Shown here: positions 1 through 8,291 of the stretch, in pieces
Layout of the letters: every line of letters starts with the position of its first letter
Position numbering within the stretch: position 1 is the first letter of the stretch
DNA from: an uncultured archaeon
GTDB taxonomy: Archaea; Asgardarchaeota; Lokiarchaeia; Sigyniarchaeales; SOKP01
Direction of reading: 5' to 3'
DNA: 28,344 bases
NCBI GenBank assembly: GCA_964493715.1
Contig: CAZBPC010000039.1
Span: 1 to 28,344 of the forward strand
Notes under the pieces: model-generated
The model's input: the letters and a program-made list of their open reading frames with translations, nothing else
Database searches by the model: none
Told to the model about the DNA's origin: nothing
Made by a program: the position numbers and the translations under genes

Positions 1-649
1 TGAGTTGAAACACGTGAAACATTCCATAAGCTTGAAAAGGTCCCAAAATTGGTGCAGGTCTTATGATAGTTGTTTTTAAACCATAATTTTTGACATACTT
101 TTTTAACAAAAGCTCTTGTTCCATTTTAGTAATGCTATATTTATTTGGAGGGTTATAGGATTCCTTTTCATTTGCGGGAATTGGATATCCATTCTTGTTT
201 TTTTGATATATCGGTTCTCCATATACACCACACGTGCTCCAATGAATAAATCGTAAATTTGTTAAATCTTGAGTTTTTATTATCATATCAAGCAAATTTC
301 GCGTCCCCTCAACATTAATTTTGCGTAGTACGTCTAAACCCGCGAAATAATCATACAAGCTTGCAGTATGAAAGATGATATCAAAGTTTCTCTTTATCAA
401 TAAAGTTCTTATAGATTTTTGGTCAGTTAAATCAGCAGAAATGAGCGAAACTCTTTCATTATCAAATATCTCAGTCATATTTTTGAATCTACTGCTAAAG
501 ACAGTTTCCTTGGTCATTAAATCTGACCTTTTTTCAAGAGGTAAGTCAGATGCAATGATTTTCCAATCAGGTTTGGATTCTAAGATTTCTTTGATAAGGA
601 ATGTTCCCGTATGTCCTTTCGCACCATCAACTAGTACTAATTTACTCAT
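1..649 (-). CDS. NAD-dependent epimerase/dehydratase (extended SDR), 3' end beyond window start
   Basis: Not in the ORF track. Manual translation from ATG at 649 gives MSKLVLVDGAKGHTGTFL (GxxGxxG), FHTAS, INVEGTRNLL, STCGVYG and YSITK (YxxxK). Confidence 0.9.
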   Translation of the reverse strand, partial: MSKLVLVDGAKGHTGTFLIKEILESKPDWKIIASDLPLEKRSDLMTKETVFSSRFKNMTEIFDNERVSLISADLTDQKSIRTLLIKRNFDIIFHTASLYDYFAGLDVLRKINVEGTRNLLDMIIKTQDLTNLRFIHWSTCGVYGEPIYQKNKNGYPIPANEKESYNPPNKYSITKMEQELLLKKYVKNYGLKTTIIRPAPILGPFQAYGMFHVFQL

Positions 650-750
650 TTTCTAGTATAGATCAGATAATCCCAACTAATTAATATTCGGTTTTCTGGA
701 ATTTAGTTAAAAAGTATAATAGCAGACAGTATTAAGAACCCTATTTCACG

Positions 751-780
751 AAATATTATCGTAATATTACAATGATATTT
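751..780. promoter_or_regulatory. Imperfect 30-bp palindrome, candidate operator between the divergent SDR and RHH genes
   Basis: aaatattatc-GTAATATTAC-aatgatattt: 13 of 15 symmetric positions are complementary, with a perfect 10-bp core. Confidence 0.45.
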
Positions 781-842
781 TATTTAAAATTAGCTCCTAA
801 TATTTAAAAAACACAATTAGCTATTAATCAAGGTGATATTTA

Positions 843-998
843 ATTAAATTAATCACGTGTCATGTTCCAGAAGCCTATCTGAAGGGAATCGAAGATCTTG
901 TCAACATGAATTTATATCCAAATCGTTCTGAAGTTATAAGAGTTGCAATAAGAGACCTGCTTAAAATTGAACTAAGTACACTCCTAAGAAAGGAATAA
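843..998 (+). CDS. Small ribbon-helix-helix (CopG/CdrS-like) transcription regulator, 51 aa, probable ATT start
   Basis: Translation (M)KLITCHVPEAYLKGIEDLVNMNLYPNRSEVIRVAIRDLLKIELSTLLRKE shows the RHH beta-strand and YPNRSE.IR.AIR signature. AGGTGA at 831-836 lies 6 nt before ATT; in-frame TGA at 834-836; T-run follows the stop. Confidence 0.85.
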   Translation: MKLITCHVPEAYLKGIEDLVNMNLYPNRSEVIRVAIRDLLKIELSTLLRKE

Positions 999-1074
999 TT
1001 TATTTCTTTTTTTCTCTATTTTATATTATGGTAATATGCATGTTATTCAGTGGGTCATAAAGAGGGCTATTTGA

Positions 1075-2049
1075 ATGATAGAAATCTTATTTTGGCTCTT
1101 CATCTTTTTTGCAAGTTATCTTCTTATATATTTTTCAGTGGATTTTTTTCTGGATAATTTGAAGAATTTATGTTTAATCCTTAAAATCTCACCATTCGTG
1201 ATTGGCTTATTAGTTTTAGGTATTGACCCGGAGGAATCCATCGCTTCAATCTTAGCCGCAATTAATGGACTTCCATTTATCGCGGTAGGGAATGTCATGG
1301 GGAATTCAATCATTTCCTTAACTTTGTGTTTTGCGCTTCCTGCACTCTTTCACGATATCGATTTAAAATCAATTTCAAATTTTTATTTTATCATCATATA
1401 TAGTTGCTTAGCTGCTATTTTGTTGAGTTTTCTTTTCTGTTTCGGTTTGTTCATTTTTGGTATTATTACTCTAATTATATATTTAATATATTTGCTAAAT
1501 TCACTAAATATCCTATCCAAAAAGAGAAGAATAGATCTTATTGATATGAATGAATTGGAAGAACAGATTAGAAGCGGGAATAAGGAAATTAATATTAAGT
1601 TTAAACTTAAGAAAATTATTTATATAATACTGGCATTTTGCTTGATACTAGTAGGCGGAGAATTCCTAATACTTTCGGCAGAGAATATCATGGTTTTAAC
1701 GGGATTAAGTGAGGCATTTTTTGGCTTTATTATCATTGCATTTGTCACTAATGCAGAAGAAATAACCCTCATCTTCAAATCAATTAAGAAAAAAAGTGTT
1801 GAAATTGGAATGGGAGCCATGATTGGAAAAGTAATATGGAATTTATCCTTTACATATGGAATTAGCGGAATCATTGCGATGGTAATAAATTTAAGCATGA
1901 TATTGATAGTGAATTGGTTATTCCTATTTGGCTTGATAATTTTTTACCAGGTTAAATCTAGAACTCATTCATTAACAAGAATGGATGCAGTTATATTATT
2001 GATAATTTTCATTGGATTTATTATCCTCACCACTCTTATTACAATTTAA
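1075..2049 (+). CDS. Sodium/calcium exchanger (CaCA, YrbG-like) membrane protein
   Basis: About 10 TM helices in two repeats, with divergent alpha-repeat motifs GIDPEE...VGNVMGNSI and VTNAEE...MGAMIGKVIWN. Confidence 0.8.
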   Translation: MIEILFWLFIFFASYLLIYFSVDFFLDNLKNLCLILKISPFVIGLLVLGIDPEESIASILAAINGLPFIAVGNVMGNSIISLTLCFALPALFHDIDLKSISNFYFIIIYSCLAAILLSFLFCFGLFIFGIITLIIYLIYLLNSLNILSKKRRIDLIDMNELEEQIRSGNKEINIKFKLKKIIYIILAFCLILVGGEFLILSAENIMVLTGLSEAFFGFIIIAFVTNAEEITLIFKSIKKKSVEIGMGAMIGKVIWNLSFTYGISGIIAMVINLSMILIVNWLFLFGLIIFYQVKSRTHSLTRMDAVILLIIFIGFIILTTLITI

Positions 2050-2104
2050 AAAAGTTGGAAATTAATGTTCAATCTTTTTATGTAATTTCATATTTTCCTT
2101 AATT

Positions 2105-2974
2105 ATGGTTTATACTCATCAAGACTTTAATTATATTGACTCGCATGTTCATTTCTTTCCTCCTAAACTATTTAAAGCAATTTGGGACTTTTTTGAGAAG
2201 CCTGATGATGATGGAAATCCCCGTGGGTGGTCGATCAAATATAAGTTAGAAATTGGGGACTTAGTTGAATTTCTAAAATCTGAAAAAGTAATATCCTTTA
2301 CAACGTATAATTACGCTCACAAGAAAGGAATTTCTGAACAAATAAATGAATGGACCTATCAATTCTGTAAAAGTAATCCTGAAGCAATTGCTTTTGGATG
2401 TGTTTGGCCTGGTGATGATAAAAAACTCGAGTATGTTCAAAAAATTATTGATACATATAATTTTCAAGGGCTCAAATTGCAGTTATTAGTCCAAGATTTT
2501 TATCCGCTTGATGAGCGAATGTTTGAAATTTATAATTTCATATTAGATAAAGGAAAATGGATTAATATGCACTGTGGTACTGCTCCTTACTCCAATAAGT
2601 TCGTAGGTTTCAAACATTTTACTAAATTTATTGAAAAGTTTCCGGATATAAATATAATAGTTGCCCATTTTGGGGCATATGAACATGAGAAATTTTTTAA
2701 ATTAATGGATAAGCACGAAAATTTGTATTTGGATACTGCAATGGTGTTCATTCCGTTCAAATTATTTGAGAAGTGGAATCGAGATATAGATTATCCAGAT
2801 AGAGAGTTACTTATATCATATCAAGATCGTATTCTTTACGGGAGTGATTTTCCTAATATACCATATGATTATGAGGTTTCTACGAAAGGATTATTGGATT
2901 TAGACTTAGATAAAAGCATATATGAAAAGATTTTTAGTGAAAATGCCAGAAAAATATTTAATATATCCAAATAA
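2105..2974 (+). CDS. Amidohydrolase family (Amidohydro_2-type) metal-dependent hydrolase
   Basis: Motifs IDSHVH, GLKL, MHCG, IVAHFG, LYLDTA and ILYGSDFP. Confidence 0.88.
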   Translation: MVYTHQDFNYIDSHVHFFPPKLFKAIWDFFEKPDDDGNPRGWSIKYKLEIGDLVEFLKSEKVISFTTYNYAHKKGISEQINEWTYQFCKSNPEAIAFGCVWPGDDKKLEYVQKIIDTYNFQGLKLQLLVQDFYPLDERMFEIYNFILDKGKWINMHCGTAPYSNKFVGFKHFTKFIEKFPDINIIVAHFGAYEHEKFFKLMDKHENLYLDTAMVFIPFKLFEKWNRDIDYPDRELLISYQDRILYGSDFPNIPYDYEVSTKGLLDLDLDKSIYEKIFSENARKIFNISK

Positions 2975-2985
2975 GAATTCAGGAA

Positions 2986-3888
2986 TTACAATATTGATAA
3001 ACTGAGGGTCATAACAAACATGCCAGTAATTATCCCCAAAATGGATATGTGTTCGTTTCCTAGTGATCTTGAAGCAGGTAATAGCTCATCCAATGAGATA
3101 TAGATCATTACACCAGCAACGATAGCAAGCATCGCACTTAATAAAAATGGGGTGATAAAGGGAGTTAGTACTATCCACGTAATAACGGCGCCTAAAGGTT
3201 CGCTCATCCCTGAAAGAAATGACCACTTAAACGCTTTTTTTTTACTTCCTGTACATGCATAGATAGGTATGGCTACGGCAATTCCCTCAGGAATATTGTG
3301 AAGTGCTATGGCTACCGCCAGAATAAACCCTAATTCAATTCTGGATATTGTTCCAATGTAGGTTGTCATTCCCTCAGGAAAGTTATGAATGAAGATTCCT
3401 AAAAATGTAAACATTGAGGTCTTTACTAGATTGATTTCAGATTTGCGACCACGCCCATCGTGAGGTTCAATTCCCGATCCATCTCTTGGTCCTAGACGAC
3501 GACCCCGTCGAAATCTATGCCTTTCATCTTTGGTTTTTTTATGATACAGGACATGGTGTGGATGAGGTTTGCAAGTTCCATTAACATTCATTAACATTTC
3601 TATTGAATCTTCGAACTCGTATTCATGAGAGACGAATACATCAATACCGAACATGATTAACATCCCCAAAAATAAAAATAGGGAACCTTCTAATAATCCT
3701 ATAGATTTAATGCTTTCTTGTAGTAATTCAACAAACGCTATCAGGATCATAACTCCTGCTGAAAATCCCATAATAAACGAAATGAATATTGGATTAGGTT
3801 TTTTCATAAAGAAAGCGACGAAGCTTCCTATTGTTGTTGATAAACCAGCTAATAAACTTAACAAAAGAGCAAGAATATAGGTTTCCAA
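2986..3888 (-). CDS. zupT: ZIP family divalent metal transporter (ZupT/GufA), TTG start
   Basis: Motifs GFSAGVM, IHNFPEG, IALHNIPEGIAVA, LSGMSEP and GVMIYISLDELLP; His/Arg-rich cytoplasmic loop. Confidence 0.92.
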   Translation of the reverse strand: METYILALLLSLLAGLSTTIGSFVAFFMKKPNPIFISFIMGFSAGVMILIAFVELLQESIKSIGLLEGSLFLFLGMLIMFGIDVFVSHEYEFEDSIEMLMNVNGTCKPHPHHVLYHKKTKDERHRFRRGRRLGPRDGSGIEPHDGRGRKSEINLVKTSMFTFLGIFIHNFPEGMTTYIGTISRIELGFILAVAIALHNIPEGIAVAIPIYACTGSKKKAFKWSFLSGMSEPLGAVITWIVLTPFITPFLLSAMLAIVAGVMIYISLDELLPASRSLGNEHISILGIITGMFVMTLSLSIL

Positions 3889-3934
3889 TTCATATTCTCC
3901 AAATTAGTTAATTTAGTAAAATTTAAAAATTATT

Positions 3935-3953
3935 AATTTAGACGATCCTAATT
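3935..3953. promoter_or_regulatory. Candidate DtxR/MntR-type metal-repressor box upstream of zupT
   Basis: aatTTAG-ACGATC-CTAAtt (TTAG-N6-CTAA), about 20-40 nt downstream of a minus-strand TTTATAT box at ~3972-3979. Confidence 0.45.
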
Positions 3954-4178
3954 AAATATTAGTTTTCAATAAATATAAAGATTTAGAAACATCAAAATAA
4001 TAAAATTAAGTTTTGATTTGACTAGTTTAAACATTAAAAATTATGTATGAGGAAAAATGATTAATCTAAAATAGAGAAAACTAAATTCAAACGAAATCTA
4101 TTAATATTTATAATACTAATTACTATAAATATGGAAATTCATTTTCTTAAATAAATTTATACTCCAAATATTAATATT

Positions 4179-5207
4179 ATGAAAGATTTAACCGAAATAG
4201 ATAAGCTCTTCTTTTTTGAAAAACACTTCTTTACTCTTGATGGATTGTGGATGATAGAGGCTGAGAAAAAGACGGATTGGGGCACCGCTTTAGAAATAGA
4301 TTTAAAAGTCTGGCTTAAGTTATTAAAAATTATATTTAAGAGACTTAAAAAATACCTCAATATTCTTGGAAATGATTTAATTGACTTACTTGAGATTCTC
4401 ACTTTTAGATGGACAGTAGAAGGTTGGAAATATGAGATCAGGAATGTGGATTCTAACAATGTATACATCAGCGTGAGAAGTTGTCCTTACAAATCCGCAA
4501 TGGACAGAAATCCTGAAAGGCATGATAAAATACCATTAATTTGCAATAATATGTGCAAGCCATTTTATCAAGAGATAGTCAAGGTTTTTAATCCTTTAAT
4601 ATCGTTAAAGAGGACTAAATTTATGGGTTTTAAAGCTGATGAATGCGATTTTCATTTTTCTATACCACCAACTCAAAATATTGATCAGGAGAAACTAAAG
4701 GAGAGGGTTCTAGATAAAAAAATACGGGATATAGATAAACTCTTCTATTTTGAGAAACATTTTCGTACTTTAGACGGATTATGGGTAATTGAAACTGAAA
4801 ATGAGATTGATTTTAATACCGCGTTGGATTTGGATATAATTGTATGGCAACGATTATATTCAATTATATTTCGGCGAGTAATTAAGTATCTAAAAATAAA
4901 TGACAATTCCCTTGAGGACTTAATTTCAATTCTTTCTTTTATTTGGAACTGCGAGGGAAATTTGCATGAAATTGTAAGACATAATAAGGAGGAAGTCCAA
5001 ATCAACATAACCGAGTGCCCCTATATCGACGCAATGAGGAGGAATCCTGAGAGACTCGATAAAATTGCTTCGATTTGCAAAGATATGTGCGTTCCTTATC
5101 TTGATCCTGTTATACAAGAATTTAATGAAAATATTAAGATAAAAAGAAATCAGTTTATGGGACTTGGAGATAATACTTGCGATTTCCATTTAACATTAAA
5201 AGAGTGA
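4179..5207 (+). CDS. Protein of two tandem DUF6125/V4R-like Cys-containing domains
   Basis: Internal duplication: IDKLFFFEKHFFTLDGLW / IDKLFYFEKHFRTLDGLW; CPYKSAMDRNPER / CPYIDAMRRNPER; CNNMCKP / CKDMCVP; CDFH twice. Confidence 0.75.
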   Translation: MKDLTEIDKLFFFEKHFFTLDGLWMIEAEKKTDWGTALEIDLKVWLKLLKIIFKRLKKYLNILGNDLIDLLEILTFRWTVEGWKYEIRNVDSNNVYISVRSCPYKSAMDRNPERHDKIPLICNNMCKPFYQEIVKVFNPLISLKRTKFMGFKADECDFHFSIPPTQNIDQEKLKERVLDKKIRDIDKLFYFEKHFRTLDGLWVIETENEIDFNTALDLDIIVWQRLYSIIFRRVIKYLKINDNSLEDLISILSFIWNCEGNLHEIVRHNKEEVQINITECPYIDAMRRNPERLDKIASICKDMCVPYLDPVIQEFNENIKIKRNQFMGLGDNTCDFHLTLKE

Positions 5208-5218
5208 GATGTTAAAAC

Positions 5219-7144
5219 CTAACAGCGAGGTGATCGTTTAATCCTTGTCCAACCTTGATCTAAAATGTAGTCATAATCTTTTTCATAAACACTATTAAAA
5301 TAAGAAATGTGTTCAGTTACAGTTGATAAAATTAATTCCTGTTCAGTTTTAGAAATAGAATAAATTTGAAATATGAGTTTATCCAATTCTCGTGTTGCAT
5401 AATGAGTGGTATCATCAAATTTCGCACCAGTTTGAGCTAAATAGTTTGAAATAAAATCAACTCGTTCGGATATCTCTTCTTTTATATCTTCTCCAGTTTT
5501 TTTAACTGGAAAATGTCGAATCATGTATTGATTTAAATTAATGGTAGTATCTTTTTGGTTATTTATTCCATATATACAATAAAATTGCATTAACGCTGAA
5601 TTTATTATTCCACAAAGATATTTCAATTCAGTTACATTTTCATTAAGTATCGAATATATTGAGGAAGTAAAACATACTTTCTTTTCAGTATAAATTGCTT
5701 GAGGAATAACATTATTATGCTTTATTAATAACTTGTGGTCATTATAATATTCATAATTTCTCCCTTTTAGGGTCTGAGGGCTAATTAATTCAAGATCAAA
5801 GGATTTTTTTGGTTTTATTGAATAATAATCAAAATCATCTTTTGCATTAATGAATAAACAAGTACCATTAGGATTATCTTTAACTATATGTCTGATCTCC
5901 TCCAATCCCTTGTCTTCTTCTCCTCGAATGAAATGTGGGAAATCAAGCGAATTTATATAGTTCAGATCTCCAATATCCTCAATCTTATTAATTAAATCTA
6001 GAACTTCATGATTTGTTTTAATCCGGATTCTGTTTAATTGTAGAGTTTCATTTTTGCATGAAGGGCAATATTTTTCTTTCGTATATGTATAAATCTTTTT
6101 TGATTTATTACTCGATGGACAGTCTGAACTTAGACAAATTCTTAATTCATCGAATGATTGGTTATTATATGTAATGATTTTATGATTTGGATAATCTAAG
6201 ACTTCTAAATTCTTTAGTTCTTTACCTTGATTTTGATAAATTAAGACTTGAGTTTCATTAGTCGCTTTCTTAAATAGGTTTGGACCAATGTCAATAATTT
6301 TTAGTAAATTTGCTTTTGATAAGAGAAGATTTCTAAATCTAACGTATCCTTGTCGTAACAAAAAACTTTTAGGCACTAAAAACCCAATCATTCCATTACT
6401 CCAATTTAATGCTTTCAAAATGAATAAACAATAGATATCATTAACAAAAACATTTTCATCACCTAATTTTTGCTTTAATGATTTGTTTAATATATTCCCA
6501 TAAGGGGGGTTCCCAACTAAAAGATCAAAATTCAAGGATGGAGGATCTTTAATGACATCTCTAACAGTAATATGAGACTCTAAAATAGAAATCAAATTAA
6601 GTAAATTTATTGATTTTTCTTCTGATAATCTTCGAAGCAATTTTAAAATGCAAAGTTTAAGGAAATAGTCATTTATATCATACCCATATATATTTTCAAT
6701 AATCCTCCTTTTGAAAGCCTCAAGTTCATCTCTAGTGCAAATATCTTCGAAGAGAGAAAAGATTATATCAATATAACTTAGAAGAAATACGCCTGAACCA
6801 CATGATGGATCACAAATCATCGTTTTATTCACTAAATTTAAAATAGATTTATATTCATTCTGAGTTAATGATTTAATTTCTGCTAAATTGGTTAAATTCA
6901 TTTTTTCAATTCTAGAATTAATGAATTCCGTGAGAGTTTGGGATATAATATAGTCAGCAATGTATTTTTGTGTAAAAAATACACCTTCATTTTTTCGTTT
7001 ATTATAATTTTGTAAAAAGATAAGCTCGATCTTATCAATTTGTTTTAAATTTTCATTTAAAATTACATTATTATCCGATCTTAAAGCTTTTCGGACAGAA
7101 CCATATAATTCAGAGAGAGACCGATTATTCGCCACATTCAACAT
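5219..7144 (-). CDS. N6-adenine DNA methyltransferase (TaqI/Eco57I-like gamma class), no adjacent endonuclease
   Basis: Motifs GVFFTQ, CDPSCGSGVFL (motif I), YGYDIN, LVGNPPYG (motif IV), GFLVPKSFL; TaqI-C-like YLCGIINS...LNQYMIRHFPV. Confidence 0.88.
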   Translation of the reverse strand: MLNVANNRSLSELYGSVRKALRSDNNVILNENLKQIDKIELIFLQNYNKRKNEGVFFTQKYIADYIISQTLTEFINSRIEKMNLTNLAEIKSLTQNEYKSILNLVNKTMICDPSCGSGVFLLSYIDIIFSLFEDICTRDELEAFKRRIIENIYGYDINDYFLKLCILKLLRRLSEEKSINLLNLISILESHITVRDVIKDPPSLNFDLLVGNPPYGNILNKSLKQKLGDENVFVNDIYCLFILKALNWSNGMIGFLVPKSFLLRQGYVRFRNLLLSKANLLKIIDIGPNLFKKATNETQVLIYQNQGKELKNLEVLDYPNHKIITYNNQSFDELRICLSSDCPSSNKSKKIYTYTKEKYCPSCKNETLQLNRIRIKTNHEVLDLINKIEDIGDLNYINSLDFPHFIRGEEDKGLEEIRHIVKDNPNGTCLFINAKDDFDYYSIKPKKSFDLELISPQTLKGRNYEYYNDHKLLIKHNNVIPQAIYTEKKVCFTSSIYSILNENVTELKYLCGIINSALMQFYCIYGINNQKDTTINLNQYMIRHFPVKKTGEDIKEEISERVDFISNYLAQTGAKFDDTTHYATRELDKLIFQIYSISKTEQELILSTVTEHISYFNSVYEKDYDYILDQGWTRIKRSPRC

Positions 7145-7223
7145 TTTAATGAGTAATTAAGCGACAGATTAATTGATATATTCTTTAGGTTTTTATAGGT
7201 AATATTATTTTATATATTAGAAG

Positions 7224-7718
7224 ATGACGGATAATCAAGAAGAAGATTATTATGGAGTTGCTCCAATAAAGCCAATTATTAAAAAAATGAAGAAAGATTA
7301 TGATAAAGATCCTAAAGGGTGGAGCGTAGTTGGATCTACTGATGATCACGGTAATTCAGATACAGTAATACTTAAAAATCCTAATAGTTTTTGGTTGAAA
7401 TCAAAAATGCTTAGTCCTTATTCAGCCTTATCCATGGGTTCAGTTATTAAAAATATTGATAAAGAAATTGATGATAGTATTGGGATCAAAAGAGAATTGT
7501 CTCCTAATGAGATGCTTCGATTATTCGGCATGGTAGTTCCTATTAAACCGGATAAGAATATTATCGCTACTGGAATCGAAAGATTTTCTCAAAATCAAGG
7601 AGATATCTTGAAAAAAGTAATATATGAGCAAAATCCTAATTTAGATTATCAACTTGCAAAAAGAATCGATGAAGAGTTTACTAAAAAATATCCACAGCGA
7701 AAAAATTTGTATATTTAA
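7224..7718 (+). CDS. Hypothetical protein (164 aa)
   Basis: ATG ORF with protein-like composition filling an intergenic slot; no family recognised. Confidence 0.75.
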   Translation: MTDNQEEDYYGVAPIKPIIKKMKKDYDKDPKGWSVVGSTDDHGNSDTVILKNPNSFWLKSKMLSPYSALSMGSVIKNIDKEIDDSIGIKRELSPNEMLRLFGMVVPIKPDKNIIATGIERFSQNQGDILKKVIYEQNPNLDYQLAKRIDEEFTKKYPQRKNLYI

Positions 7719-7744
7719 AGATAAAAGGTAATAGTAAATAAGGA

Positions 7745-8164
7745 CTATATTTTCCCTTTTAAAGTATCAATTTCTTCTTTTCCTTTAATAATGGGTAAAT
7801 TTGAAGAATAATTTGATGAATTTGTAATTAATTCAGCAATGAGAGCGATGATTTTTTCTGGACCGGATTTATTTTCAAGTGTTTTTGCAAAATCTTTAAT
7901 CAAGAGGACTTTTAAATCATCTACGTAGAAAGAAACGCCCTTTTCGACTTCTTCCATTAGGAATTGAAAAGATAATTCTGCTGATCTTTCAGTTTTTGCT
8001 AACGGTTCATTTGGATCTTCAAAGGTATATGATATTTCTGTCCAACGTGCTCCACTTGAATCAACGGGCACCATTCCAAAAATATAATCACTTGTATGCA
8101 ACCATATCGGAGTTCCATTATCATAAGAAGCATCAATAATAGCTTTCATTTCTTCACTCATCAT
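7745..8164 (-). CDS. Hypothetical protein (139 aa)
   Basis: ATG ORF preceded by AGTGA; protein-like composition; no family recognised. Confidence 0.75.
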   Translation of the reverse strand: MMSEEMKAIIDASYDNGTPIWLHTSDYIFGMVPVDSSGARWTEISYTFEDPNEPLAKTERSAELSFQFLMEEVEKGVSFYVDDLKVLLIKDFAKTLENKSGPEKIIALIAELITNSSNYSSNLPIIKGKEEIDTLKGKI

Positions 8165-8291
8165 AAATCACTTTTTTAATTTGTTAATTTTGCTTTTCGT
8201 GCAATAATTATGAAAACAATTTTATTTTAATCTTATCTTTTCTATTCATTTAAAAATGAACGATTAGTAACATAAAAAATTAATTCGAATC

